Shown here in pieces: positions 22,991 through 36,239 of a DNA stretch of 64,000 nucleotides; position 1 is the stretch's first letter; each line of letters opens with the position of its first letter. The notes under the pieces were generated by a model that was given only the letters and a program-made list of their open reading frames with translations, had not been told where the DNA came from and ran no database searches. The stretch covers positions 806,001 through 870,000 of the forward strand of contig JASTWF010000048.1 in assembly GCA_030390025.1 (NCBI GenBank), in the 5' to 3' direction. The stretch comes from Squalus acanthias (Eukaryota). Made by a program: the position numbers and the translations under genes.

Positions 22991-25147
22991 TCTATCCATT
23001 TATTTTTCTGTCGATAATATTTACATCATACTTTATTCGTAAATGCTATATCATTGGTTTCTTTTTTATTTACATTGATTCATCTTCTTTCCCTATTTTA
23101 CATCAAATTCTTTCGATAATTTATAAATTATGAAAAATGCAATTTCAATATTTTGTATGCCGTTCTCTTTAAAGTATGCTCAACGTTTTAACAGGCAAAT
23201 TAGCGACTAGTTAAATGGGTTAAAGGAAGAGTTGAAAGAGCGGACGGAGGAATATGGGCAGGAATTATACATAGCTCCCGTTTGTACCAGTGCATATTTC
23301 CCAGGCTCACGCCATCAGAGGAGGTGCTTAACCCAACTGATATTTACGTTATCTCAATAGCGCGGATTATCAGAGAATCATAGAATGATACAGCACACAA
23401 GAAATCCACTCCGTCTATCGTGCCTGTTTTTGAAAGAGCCATCCAATTATTCCCTTTCCCCTGACCCGTTACCCTTAGCCCTGAAAGATTGTCCCATTCA
23501 ATATTTATCCAATTTCCCTTCGAAAGTTAAATTGAATCTGCTCCCGGCGCTCTTTCACGCAGCGCCATCCAGATTGTAACAACTCGTTTAGAACGGAAAT
23601 TCTGTTCAGCGTCTGCTCTGGCTCTTTTCATGATGACCTTAACTCTGCCTGCTCTGGGTCCCGAAACTCCGCTTGCCCTCACTGCCATAAGAGGAACACC
23701 TCACAGGAAGAGGAAAAAAAAAATCTTAAAATCCTTTGAACGTGTCACGAATGTTTCACACTGTGAAACGGCGAGATGCCTCTCCAGACATGTTTGTCAC
23801 CGGGACACCTGCCTCCTGACGACTGTGTCAGAATCTGTTGAAAACCGTGACCCCACTTCGCTATCAGACTCCAGGGGCCTAATTGATGTGTTTTTAAAAT
23901 AATCCAGGAGTTCAGCCCAGCGACGTATGTAACCCTTTAATTCCCCTTTAACACATGTGAACTGAGACCTGAAACAAGAGAGTACTTTGACCCAAATATG
24001 TTCTGTGCTTTATAGAAACGCAGTATCGTACAGCACAGGGGAAGGCCATTCGGCCCAGCATGCCTGTGCTGGTTCTTTGGAAGAGCAATCCAATTAGTCC
24101 CACACGACCCTCATCACATTCCTCTTCATCTCATATCCTACTAACTTCCCCTTAAATGCATCTCTGAATTTGTCACTATTACTTCACACAGCAACTTCCA
24201 CATTCTCACCACTCTCTGGGCAAAGAGATTTCTCCTGAATTCCCCATTGGATTTATTAGTGTCAATCTTATGTTTATAAATCCCACTATTGGTGTCCCCC
24301 TATCCAATTAGTCCCAATAAGTCTCTTTCCACATTGCTCTTCCGTTTTCCCCCATCAAATATTTATCCAGTTCCGTTTTGAAAGAAACTGTTGAATCTGC
24401 TTTCACCGCCCTTTGAGGCAATGCATTTCAGATCATAAGAACTTGACCAGTTAACAAGATGCACCTGATCTACCCATCTGGCTCTTTTAACAGTTACATT
24501 CAATCTGTGTTCTCTGGATACTGGCTGTCCTGCCACTGGAAACGGTGTCTGCCCACGCAGTCTATGAAATCCCTCTGAACACCTCTACTATTTTTCTCGT
24601 CAACAAACCCTGCTCCAAGGAGAAGAATCCCAGCTTCCTTAGTCGCTCTGCATAACCGAATTCCCACATCATTCTCTCACCTTGATGGCGGCACTAATCC
24701 CAGTATAGTAAAAGTAACAAACATATACAGTGTTCGTTATAGAATATTGTATTTTATTGTCAGTCGTTGCTCAGTTGGTCGCTCTCTCGCCGCTGAGATA
24801 GATGATTGTGGGTGCGAGACCTTTTCCGGAGAATTGAGCGCAGAATCATTAAAACAAAGCACGCTCTGGTCATTTATCACATTGCTGTTTGCGGGAGCTT
24901 CCTGCGCGCAGATTGGCGGTGCGTTTCCTACATTTCAACAGTGACGACATTTCAAAATGTACTTAATTTGTTGGAAAGCACTTGGGAACGTTCTGAGGTC
25001 ATGAGAGATGCTATCGAAATGCAAGTCTTTTCATTTCATTTACGCAACATCCGGTTCTAACCTCGCATGTTCCTTTTGCTGAATAACCAACCCCACTTTC
25101 TCTGACAGTTCCCAGTTGGCGCATTAAGTCGTCGATTACTCTGAACG

Positions 25148-26003
25148 ATGCATTTAAATTTGCTGACCTTCGCTCTTTTATTTCTGGTGCCGATTAAGAT
25201 AATGCTGAATAATTACAAGTGATGTACTAGTATAATCCATTCATCAAAATATTACCTAAGTTACATGCTGCTAATCGAGCATATTATTATCGAACAGTTA
25301 GAGATGAGCAATCAAATATTAAAAATCGGTAATTTATGTTAAACTGTAGACTTTTTGTCTCTAAGGCAGTTAATGTTATTTTAGTTGTTTAAATATTGAT
25401 CGATACATTGATGTTGTCATTATAATTTAAGTCTGCATGCCTTTACTTTCTTACCTAACTTCAATTTAATCGCCCATCTATTTTTACTTTGCCGATAACT
25501 CCAGATATAACCAGGTTGATTTTACTGCCGTAGAACTAGCGTTGCGAATCGGCGGCTCCACATCCTTGATTTTACACCCGGGCTTAATTTGACAATCCAA
25601 ATCAATTTCTCAATTTCATCCGATGTTTTTTTCATCTCTGCCGCCTCTTTTTCAGACTGTGCGCTGGACGATGTGATCCATCAGTGGCCGCCTTCGATTA
25701 CTTTTCATCTCCGAGGTGAGGTCGAGTTAAATTGTAATCAGAATGGGACAGCCCGCGATAACATGCTCTGGTATCGGCAATCCGCTGGACAAGGATTCAC
25801 GTGCATTGGATATATATATAGGGGCAGCAAAGCTGAATATGAAGAGGGTTTCAAAACCGGATTTGTGATCACACGAACCAGGAACGATAAGATGTCCAGC
25901 CTGAAAATCCACAGCGTTAAGCCCACAGACGCGGCGCTGTATTTCTGTGCAGCCAGTGATGTTGCACAGTGCCGCAGACTGATCCGACGCCCTGACAAAA
26001 ACT
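25148..26003 (+). pseudogene. TRBV: V6 (family A): intact V exon 25656-25964 and RSS 25965-26003, but leader donor mutated GT to TT (25194)
   Basis: MHLNLLTFALLFLVP|TTAAGA versus |GTAAGA in V3 and V10; YFCAASDV; CACAGTG-23-ACAAAAACT. Confidence 0.85.
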
Positions 26004-26409
26004 GTCACAGAGAAACGTGAGGTACTCGTGCAGACCCAAACCCCTTGTTACCTTTCATGTACCGCTGGCTTCCGCCCGAAAATAAGTTGAGAAAGAAACG
26101 AGAGTGAAGGTATTTGCAGCGAAGCATAAGCGGACAAAGGGAAAGAAGATGGAAAGGAAGAAAGAAAGAAGGAAAGAGTAAATGAAAGAAAGAGGAATGT
26201 AGACAAAGAAAGGATAGAACGAAATAAAGAAACAAAGAATTGAAGGAACAAAGATAGAAATAAAAAAGGTGGACAACTTAAAGATCCGGACTGAGGTAGT
26301 TGCCATGAGGTAACTTCCGCTTATGAGGTTCCATTTTGCATGCATTAATCTGCGCCTTTCCCTTAAAACCAGAACAATCAGCGGAATGTGTCTTAGATCC
26401 GAGGCAAGG

Positions 26410-27159
26410 ATGCGATTCCATTACATCGTCTTTGCTGTTTTTTTCTGATGTTAAATATGTTCGAATGCATTCGTAATCACGGTTCTACACTTGTCCAACT
26501 AAAAAGGATAATTGATGATCTAAATAATGCAATTCGTTAACGTTACAGCGGTGAAGTGATATTCAGCTAATCATTTATTTAATATAATATAATAGAATGT
26601 TTAATCTGTTAATTTTTGAACCAGAAGTGTCATTAATTACTTCAACCGTTGGATGGATGTTTGTAGATTTCGCGGTTCCATTTTCCAGTTGCTTTGTCCC
26701 TGCTGCTTGTCGGAAATTAGGACAGTGACTGAATTTCCATCGCTAATTCGGAGCAACTCGCACATCTATTGTCGCAAGTTTAACGTAAATTCTCCCATTT
26801 CTGTTTCCAGGTAGGTCCCGGAGCGATGTGCTGCATCAATGGCTTCGCTCCCTTGGCGTCAACGTGCGAGACTCGGCCGAACTGAACTGTTTTCAGAACG
26901 GCACGCTTCGCGACTACATGCTGCGTTATGGTCAGTCCGCCGGTGGATGGCTTGGTGTTAATCGGGTCAATTCAATTATTAGGTGAAGCTCATTATGAAG
27001 TGGGATTTAAGACTGGGTTTGCAATCAAGAGGTCTGTGGAAAACAAGAAGTCCAATCTGAAAATCGTGAGCAGTAAACCCGCAGCTGTGGTGGTGTATGT
27101 CTGTGCCTCTACTCATGGGACACAGCGGTTCAGAGGCATTAATCCCGAGGCAAAAAACC
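26410..27159 (+). pseudogene. TRBV: V7 (family B) pseudogene. Leader from 26410, V exon 26811-27120, RSS 27121-27159
   Basis: Frameshifted leader with an AT donor; Trp to Arg; +1 frameshift in FR2; YVCASTHG; CACAGCG-23-CAAAAAACC. Confidence 0.85.
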
Positions 27160-27202
27160 TCACACGTGCTGAGCTCATTCTCGGGTAAATTTACCAACCA
27201 GT

Positions 27203-27947
27203 GGGCCAAAAATTCGGCACTTCCTGGGTGAGTACGCATTGTGTACTCACCCGTAAGGCGTCCTGAAGTGCCGGTTTCCTGCATACACTGCGCATGCGCG
27301 GGAATCCGGAACTTCCGGTCTAGTGAAGGGGGCTGTTCATCGGTGAACCGCGTGCGCGGCAGAGGCTGCGCGCACGCAGCAAACTTATGTTTTTTTTCAG
27401 ATTTATACGGTAGGGTAAGTATTGAAGAACCTACGCTTTTAAAAAGAAGGCGCAGGACCCGTTTTCAACAAGGTAAGTGGTTAATTAAGTGTAATTTAAA
27501 CATTTTTCAACAAGTTTATCTTTTGTAGATACTTTAAGGAAAGGTAAGTTTATTTTTAGCACTCTTAAAAAGTATTTAAATTTTTTCAAAAAGTTATATT
27601 TTAGATTAAAGTAGTTAATTTATTTAACTTATAGTTATTTTATAAACGTGATGTATTTTTTAAATTTATTTTAAGTTTAGCTGTTCTTTTGTGGCCGATT
27701 TCAATTCATAGCTTTGACAGGTCTTCCTGTCAAATCTATGAATGAATGATGGTCTGCTGCCATTGGCTCTCCATGGCCCACGTGATCCCAGGGGACGCAT
27801 CGCACTAACTACGCCCCTGGGACACGCAATCACTGCGCGCCGGCACTTGGAGCAGGCCCAGGAGCTAAAGTTCCCGTGGGCCCAGAGGTCAATGGCAGGC
27901 GCAGTAGGTAAGTGCGCGCGCAAGCCGGAGATGCGAATTTCAGGGCC
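27203..27947 (+). mobile_element. Non-autonomous DNA transposon/MITE (PIF/Harbinger-like)
   Basis: TIRs GGGCCAAAAATTCG..CGAATTTCAGGGCC; flanks AGT/AAT; empty site at ~13545. Confidence 0.7.
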
Positions 27948-27979
27948 AATAAAAGAACAGAGCCGCGCGTGTAGTTCAG

Positions 27980-28940
27980 GTCCACATAGACCTTTGTTAC
28001 TCCACACTTAGAGAACTGTGCACAATTCTGGTCTCTATATACCTTTGTTAGACTACATTTGGAGCCCGGTGCACAGTTCTGGTCTCCATATACCTTGGTT
28101 AGACCACACTTGGAGCACTGTGCACTGTTCTGATCTCCATATACCTCGGTTAGACCACACTTGGAGCACTGTGCACAGTTCTGGTCCCCATATACCTTGA
28201 TTAGACCACACTTGGAGCTCCGTGCACTTTTTTGGTCTCAATATACCTTGGGTATACCACACTTGGAGCACTGTTCTCAGTTCTGGTCTCCATATACCTT
28301 GGGTACACCACACTTGGAGCACTTTGCACAGTTCTGGTGTCCATATACCTTGGTTAGACCACTCTTGGAGCTCCGTGCACAGTTCAGGTCTCCATAAACC
28401 TGCTTAGACCTCACTTGGAGCGATGTGGGCAGCTGTGGTCTCCATACACCTTTGTTAGACTGCAGTTGGAGTATTGTGCACATTTCTGGTCTCCAGATAC
28501 ATTGGTTAGACCACACCTGGAGTATTGTGCAAAGTTCTGATCTCCATATACATTGGTTAGACCACACCTGGTGCACTGTGAGCAGTTCTGGTCTCCATAT
28601 ACCTTGGTCACACCACATTTGGAGTACTTTGCGCTGTTCTGGTCACCTTATACCTTTGTTAGACCACACTTGGAGTACTGTGCACAGTTCTGGTCTCCAT
28701 ATACATTAGTTTCACCACACCTGGAGCTCTGTGCACGGTTCTGGTCTCCATATACCTTTGTTAGACCACTGTTGGAGTACTGTGCAGAACTCTGGTGTCA
28801 ATATATATTGGTTATTTCATGTTTAGACTACTGCACGTAGAAATGGTCTCCATATACCATGATGCGAAGACACTTAGAGCACTGTGTAGAGTACTGGTCT
28901 CGATTTACCTTGATTAGATGAAACTTAGTATACTGTACAC
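27980..28940 (+). repeat. 51-bp CR1-derived minisatellite (~18 units), followed by a degenerate CR1 3' end
   Basis: (LVRPHLEHCAQFWSPYT)n periodicity. Confidence 0.9.
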
Positions 28941-29446
28941 TGTTCGGTGACCTGATTGAGGTCTTTGAAAAAGTGCAAGATTTTGAGGGGTCGGCGTACA
29001 GCAGATGGAACCACTTGTGGGGGAGACGAATTCTATGGGCCGCAGTAAAGAATAGTCACGAATAAATCTTAAAATTTATTCAGGAGAAACTTCGTTGCAC
29101 AGTGCGTGCTGACAATGTGGAACTTGCTTTCACATCTTGTAGTTGAGGCAAATAACATAGATGCATTTAAGGGGAAGCTGGATCATCGGATGAAGGAAAA
29201 TGACTGGAAAGTTATGCTGATACTTTGAGATGATATAAGGTTGTAGGAAGCCCGTGTGCAGTCCGAGTTACCCGATTCCTTGTAGTAGCCTCGATGTAAT
29301 TGTTTGATAGAAGCGACAGCGTCTTTTCCCGCGCAGAAAACAATTGGAAGCAGGACAAAATTTCCCGAAATGAAATGTAAATGCCGACGCTATCGGTTGT
29401 ACAGGGAAAACCTCTAAACGCATTTGCTTTTATTTGTGCGTTCTAG

Positions 29447-29460
29447 CCACTAGGTGGCGC
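29447..29460 (+). promoter_or_regulatory. CTCF motif
   Basis: CCACTAGGTGGCGC fits the CCASYAGRKGGCRS core. Confidence 0.7.
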
Positions 29461-30600
29461 TGTATATCCATTATCTCCTGAGCGTGCCACGACGTGCTTT
29501 GGCACCGAATGAGCAATGCCTCCCCAGATCTACGACTCCCCGTAATGATCAATTCCGCTGGTTCTGTAACCCTGTCCCGTTCCGAACATTTTGCGCCAAA
29601 ACGCAGTTAGACTTCCTCATGTCTGCTCTTTTATTGTGACGTGACATGAGCAGCGCCTGTTACAAATGAATAACCACGTTATTTTCTTGCGCTGTTTGTT
29701 TCATTCTCGTCAGGCATTTAATAAGCTGCACATTGTGATTGATTAAATAAGTAAGAGAGGTAGGAAGCGAAGAGAGAGAGGGAAATAAGCTAAAGTGTTA
29801 ATGAAAAATGTGTGAAAGAAAAAAGAGAGAAGGAATTAAAGCAGCAAAGAAAGACAGTTCAGAAGAAAAAGAGAATGAGAGAGATTTAAAGAGAGATGAA
29901 GAAAGAGAGAGAGAAAGGTAATTCTGAACCAAAAACATCACCATCAAAATCAGACGGCTCATTATCTGGCCGAACATTATTATTTCCTGTCAACTGTGTT
30001 TATTTGCTATGGGGACGATTGCAAATGTTTGATGCAACTTCCGGCTCTGACACTATGCCAATCAAATTGAAGCCGATTTATACTGAACCGGAACTGTTTG
30101 CAAAATCAGCAGCCACCTGATTACAACTTCCACCACGATGCTTTTCAATTTGCGTCAACATACTGCTCATTCATTACTGGTGCCGTGTCCGAATCGACGT
30201 GAGCAGCAACTTTCTCACATTATTGTTTGTTTTGATTGTATTTTTAAAAATTGAGAAACGGTTTTCTCCAGCCGCAGGAAACAGGTGTCCAAACCTGGGC
30301 ATCGCACCTGAAGGAGGCTGTCAAGGCCAGAAAGGGCTAGCAGAGGAGATGTACCAGAATGGTTCCAGTGGGTGAGTTACCTCATAAATTTGAAGAGAGC
30401 TGAGAAATTGAGAGGAGGCGGGGTTGGGTGTGAGGGACCAGTAGCTGTCAATCTGACCGTATGGGAGCGGCATAGAAGTTAGAGGCCAGCAGCTGTCAAT
30501 CAAACTGAACTGCAGCGTCATAAAGCCGCTACTCGTCAGCCGGGAGCACACATTCCTGTTCAATTCTGGTCCGTTTCTCTTCTGCAAACTGTTGATGAAA

Positions 30601-31031
30601 ATGCATTTCACCGGGTGTCTGTTGTCTGCGCTGCTGTTGCACAGTAAGTCTGATTCTGAAGTGGCTGGGCGGCGTTTAGCTCCCAATGTCAGCGACACCT
30701 TTGATTTAAAACAATTATTTTCCTCCTTTCTGTAGGTGTAGCGAGCGACAAAGTATTGCAAAGTCCGGCTGTAATCTCCGAATCCCTGTACTCCCCGCTG
30801 CGAATCCTCTGTTCTGCGAAGGGTTCCTTTGGCTCGCAGTTTTCCTGGTACCGCCAGCTCCCAGGCGGAGAGCTCTTACTGCTCTTCTACTCTGGCAACT
30901 CCGAAAGCATCGAGCCGGAGGGAGAGGTGGACGGCTTCACCGCCTCTAGACTCGACTACTCCACCTTCCACCTGGAAACGGCCGATCTGCGAGCGGACCA
31001 CTCGGGGGTGTATTACTGCGCCTGGCGGCTC
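30601..31031 (+). CDS. TRBV: V8 (family C), intact ORF. Leader 30601-30643, V exon 30736-31031, RSS 31032-31070
   Basis: MHFTGCLLSALLLH|GTAAGT; YYCAWRL; CACAGTG-23-TCAAAAAAA (weak nonamer). Confidence 0.9.
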
Positions 31032-31699
31032 CACAGTGACACAAGTAGCCGGGGTAGTGCATCAAAAAAACAGTGCAGCAGAGAACGGGCCGCAGGGGCG
31101 AAGCAATCGCTGCTTTGCTGGGTTTAGAGTCACCGCAGAGGTTGCATGAGAAGGGTCTGCATGGGGTTAGATAGAGGAACAGCACGGATTCGATACAGGG
31201 ACAGCACGGGATAGATAGAGAGTAAAGCACATCATTCACCAGTTAAATACAAAATAAAACCCTTCATCACTCGTTAGATACAGCGTGAAGACCATCGCTC
31301 ACAAGTTAGACACAGTGTAAAGCCTCTCACTCACTGGTTAGATATATAATGAGTCAGGCAGTCAGTGTAACTCCCCTTTCTCACTCCGAAACCACAGCTG
31401 CCATCTCAAATGAATCCTCCGTGTCGTTGCAGTTTTTAAAACCCCAGACTCCGCCATCAAAGAGATGAGGCAGACCGCTGAAGAACGGGGGACCTCATCA
31501 GCCCCTCCCCGGACATCAACACGCCGATGTGGAAGCCAATGAACAAGTAAAGAGAGATTGGACCCATCCATCCGAAAATTCAACATTGGAGAGGAGGGGA
31601 CTGTAAACTCCACTCAGTGCTCAGAGCTTTGAGATATTCTACAATAAAACGGCTCAGCGACATCACGCAATAAATACTCGGAGCTGTCTCCCTCCACAG

Positions 31700-32594
31700 A
31701 TGGCTGTGGGTCAGCTCTGGGTTGTGTTGCTGGTGTTAACGGGTAAAGATGGATCTGCGCGATCCTCACTTTTATTTCTTTCTGTGTCCCGTCTGGGATT
31801 AACCCACTCCTTGGCACTTTCAATGCGAGTGTTGTTTTAGATTCTCTGTCCCTCGGTTTCCATGTACCTCCCTCTGTCTCGCTATCTGTCTGTCGCTCTG
31901 TCTGTCTCTCTTCGTCACTCTGTCACTCTATCTCTCTTTATCTCTCTGTTGTCTCACTCTCTGTCAGTCTGTCTCTGTCTCTCTACCTCTCCCTCTTTCT
32001 CTCGCTCTTATTCTATCATCTCTCTCTGCCTGCTTATACTCCTTCACGTAGGCTGGTTTCATCTATCTCTGCTCCTGTCTGTCTGTATATTTCTCGCTCC
32101 TTTTCTCAGTCCTTTTCCCTCTCTGTCTCTCTCTCTCTCTGCCCCACACTCTTCCTCTGTCTCCCTATGTGTCACTGCGACTATATCTCGCTCAACAAAC
32201 CTCTCTCACTTACCCCTCTTGTGTCTCTTCGTAGCGGTTGTCGATCCATACATTGTCCCTGAGTTTATCTCTATCTCTCTCCCTCTGTTTTACAGATGTG
32301 GGGGCCGTGGAGATACAACAGACCCCCGCTTCCATATCCAATTCCCCGGGCACTCCGCTTAGCATCGAGTGCCTTTACACAAAAGCAGAAGCTAACTCCG
32401 TTTTCTACTGGTACCGGTGGCATCCTAACCGGGAGCCTCAGAACCTTTTCTATTCTAGCTACGCCGAAACGGTCACTCCCTCCGGTCAGGTGGATGGATT
32501 CACCGCCAGGAGACCCGACAGCACCCACTTCTACCTGGAGTCCGCTAGTCTGCGAACGGATCACTCGGCCGTGTATTACTGCGTCTGGCGTCTG
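31700..32594 (+). CDS. TRBV: V9 (family D), apparently functional. Leader 31700-31742, V exon 32296-32594, RSS 32595-32633
   Basis: MAVGQLWVVLLVLT|GTAAAG; CT-rich intron; IQQTP..IEC..WYRW..YYCVWRL; CACAGTG-23-TCAAAAACC. Confidence 0.92.
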
Positions 32595-33166
32595 CACAGT
32601 GACTCAGAGAAATGGCGGAGCTCATCAAAAACCCCAAAGGGAGCAGGAAACAACTAAGGGAGATAAATCTGTCTGTGCGTCTGTCTGTCTTGTGTGAGTC
32701 TCNNNNNNNNNNNNNNNNNNNNNNNNNNNNNNNNNNNNNNNNNNNNNNNNNNNNNNNNNNNNNNNNNNNNNNNNNNNNNNNNNNNNNNNNNNNNNNNNNN
32801 NNNNNNNNNNNNNNNNNNNNNNNNNNNNNNNNNNNNNNNNNNNNNNNNNNNNNNNNNNNNNNNNNNNNNNNNNNNNNNNNNNNNNNNNNNNNNNNNNNNN
32901 NNNNNNNNNNNNNNNNNNNNNNNNNNNNNNNNNNNNNNNNNNNNNNNNNNNNNNNNNNNNNNNNNNNNNNNNNNNNNNNNNNNNNNNNNNNNNNNNNNNN
33001 NNNNNNNNNNNNNNNNNNNNNNNNNNNNNNNNNNNNNNNNNNNNNNNNNNNNNNNNNNNNNNNNNNNNNNNNNNNNNNNNNNNNNNNNNNNNNNNNNNNN
33101 NNNNNNNNNNNNNNNNNNNNNNNNNNNNNNNNNNNNNNNNNNNNNNNNNNNNNNNNNNNNNNNNNN

Positions 33167-33374
33167 ATAAGAAGTCGCACAACACCAGGTTATAGTCCAA
33201 CAGTTTTATTTAAAATTACGAGCTTTCGGAGCTGTGCTCCTTCTTCAGGTACAGGTACAGTGAGCTACTGCTCACTGTACCAGCACCTGTACCTGAAGAA
33301 GGAGCAAAGCTCCGAAAGCTCGTATTTTTAAATACAACTGTTGGACTATAACCTGGTGTTGTGCGACTTCTCAT
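33167..33374. mobile_element. Penelope-derived ~205-bp palindrome with two hammerhead motifs in opposite orientation
   Basis: Arms AGAAGTCGCACAACACCAGGTTATAGTCCAACAG.. and ..CTGTTGGACTATAACCTGGTGTTGTGCGACTTCT; motifs at 33217-33251 (-) and 33290-33324 (+). Confidence 0.75.
33290..33324 (+). ncRNA. Minimal type I hammerhead ribozyme motif
   Basis: TAC-CTGAAGA-A-GGAGC-AAA-GCTCC-GAAA-GCTC-GTA. Confidence 0.6.
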
Positions 33375-36239
33375 TTTTGTCCACCCCAGTCCAACACCGG
33401 CATCTCCGCATCATATCTAATTATCGATCTACCTATCCAAAGCTCACCTATCTACCTAAATAACTACATTTATAACATCCATCTCTCGATCTGTTTGTCT
33501 ATTCTTTGTATCATAGCGCATAAATAAATGACATATCATGGAGTGCTTCGTTATTCATGTTAATTCATCTTCTCACTCGGTTTCACTTCAAATTATATCA
33601 ATAAATTATTAATTATTCAATATGTTGTCTCAATGTTTTCGATGCCCTTCTCTTTAAAGCATTATCTAGATTATAACAAGCAAGTTACGCAATGGGGTTA
33701 ATTGCAGGCTTGAAAGTGCGGATCGGAGGATTATGGGAAGGAGTTACACATAATTCCTGATTACCAATGACAATTTGCCAGGGTAACCTCATCAGAGGAG
33801 GTGAAGATCCCTCCTGTTATCAGCCATGGCAATAGCGACGAGTGATGCAATGATTATCATAGAATCATAGAATGATATAGCACAGAAGGAGGCCATTCGG
33901 TCCATCGTGCCTCTGTCGGGTTTTGAAAGAGCTATCCAATTATGCTCATTCCCTTGACACCTTCCCCATAGCCCTTAAAGGATTTACCCTTCAAATATTA
34001 ATCCAATTCTTTTTCGAAAGTTATATTGAATGTATTTCCAACACTCTGTCAGACAGCTCATTCCAGCTGAGAACAGATCGCCGAGGAGAGAAATTCAGCT
34101 CGTCACCCGCTATGTTTATTTTGCCAATTACCTTATCTGTGTGTCCTCCGGTTTACGAATTTCCTGCCCTTGGAAAACGTTTCTCCTTATTTAATGTATC
34201 AGAACCCTTCATGATTTTGAACACCGCTTTCAAATCTCCCTTTACACTCACTGGTCTAAGAGGAACATCTCACATGAAGAGGAAAAAGTTAATCTTAGAC
34301 CTCTGAAACGTGTCACGAATGTTTCATACTGTGTAAATGCGAGATGCCTCTCCAGAAATGTTTGTCACCGAGACACCTGCCTGCTGACGGCTGTGTCAGA
34401 ATCTGTTGAAAACCGTTAACCTAGTTCTCTACCACACTCTAGGGGCCTTTTGATGTGTTTTTCAAAGAGTCTAGGAGTTCAACCCAGCGAATTATGTAAC
34501 CTTTTAATTCCCCTTTAGCACATATGAACAGAGACATGAAACAAGAGATCACTTTGACCCAACAATGATCTTTGTTTTGGAGAAACGTAGAATGGTACAG
34601 CACAGGAGGAGGCCATTCGGCCCATCATGCCTCTGCCGGTCCTTTGGAAGTGCTATCCAATTAGTCCCACACGACCCTCATCACTTTCCTCTTCATCTCA
34701 TATCCTTCTATTACTTTCTCCCTCCTGTAATTATCTAGCTTCCACTTAAATGCATCTAAGCATTTGTCTCAACTACTTCACACAGCAAATTCCACATTCT
34801 CAGCACTCTCTGGGGAAAGAGATTTCTCCTGAATTCCCTATTGGATTGATTAGTGACAATCTTAATTGTTATAAATCCCAGTATTGGTCTCCAACTATCC
34901 AATTCCAAACCAATAATGCTCTTTCCACATTGCTCTGCCGTTTTCCCCCTTCAAGTATTTATCCAATTCCCTTTTGAAAGCAACTGTTGAATCTGCTTTC
35001 ACCGCCCTTTCAGAAACTGCATTTCAGATCATAAGTACTTGACCAGTTCCTGATCTACCCACCGGCAGTTTTCCCCCTTCAAGTATTTATCCAATACCCT
35101 TTTGAAAGCGACTATTCAATCTGCTTTCACCACAGTTTGAGGCAATGTATTTCAGATCACAAGAACTTGACCAGTTAACAAGATGCTCCTGATCTACCCA
35201 TCTGATTTCTTTCCAATTACATTCAATCCGTGTTCTCTGGATACTGACTGTCCTGCCACTGGAAACGGTGTCTGCCTATCTTGTCTATCAAATTCCTCTG
35301 AACACCTCTATTAATTTTCTCCTTAATTTTCTCCGTTCCAAGGAGAACAATCCCAGCTCCTTTAGTCCCTTTGCATAACCGAACTCCCACATCCCTGTTA
35401 TCATTCAGTGTCGACTGAATAAACCAGGTTTCACAATGATCATTGTCTCACAATGATGGCGGCACTAATCCCACCTAAGTCAAATTAACAAACATATACA
35501 GTGTACGTTATAGAATATTGTATTGTATTGTCTGCCGTGGCTCAGTTGGTAGCTCTCTCGCCGCTGAGATAGATGAATGTGAGTTTGAGCCCTACTCCAG
35601 ATAATTGAGCGCAGAATTGAGGCTGATACTCCAGTGCAGTAGTGAGCGACTGCTGTACATTTGGAAGGGCAGTACTGCAGAGGTTCGGCACTGTTGGATG
35701 GGCAGTACTTACGGAATGCTGAACCGTCAGAGAGACAATACTGACGGAGTGTTGCACTGCCAGAGGTGCAATACTGAGGTCGTGCTGCACTGTTGGAAGG
35801 GCAGTCTCCAAATGAGACGGTAACCCGAGGCCCTGACTGCCCCTTCAGGAAGACGCAAAAGATCCCATGGAGATTATTTCGAAGAAGATCATGAACGTTC
35901 CCAGGTGCCCTGGCTAATAATTATCCTGAATGAAGATCACTAGAAAACGCATTATCTGGTTATTTATCACATTGCTGTTTGTGGGAGCTTGCTGCACGCA
36001 GATTGGCGGCCGCGTTTCCTTCATTTCAACAGTGACTACACTTCAAAAAGAACTTCATTGGTTGTAAAGCATTTAGGAACATTCTGAGGTCATAAGAGGC
36101 GCGATAGCAATGCAAGTCTTCTACTTTTTATTGACGCAACATCCGTTTCTGATCTTGAATCTTGCTTTTGCTTAATGACGAGCCTCACTTTCTCTGTCCG
36201 TCCTCAGTTGGCGCATTATATCGTCGATTGCTCTCAGCC

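Noticed and set aside
24676-24695. Weak CTCF-like CACCTTGATGGCGGCA upstream of family-A genes
   Set aside because: Too many core mismatches to call without a PWM scan.
30640-30680. CACAGTA heptamer overlapping the family-C leader donor
   Set aside because: No nonamer at 12 or 23 nt; explained by the His codon plus the GTAAGT donor.
31862-32362. Hydrophobic Leu/Ser-rich ORFs (also 21906-22313, 44894-45394 and the 57658-58104 tail)
   Set aside because: Translation of CT-rich low-complexity intron sequence.
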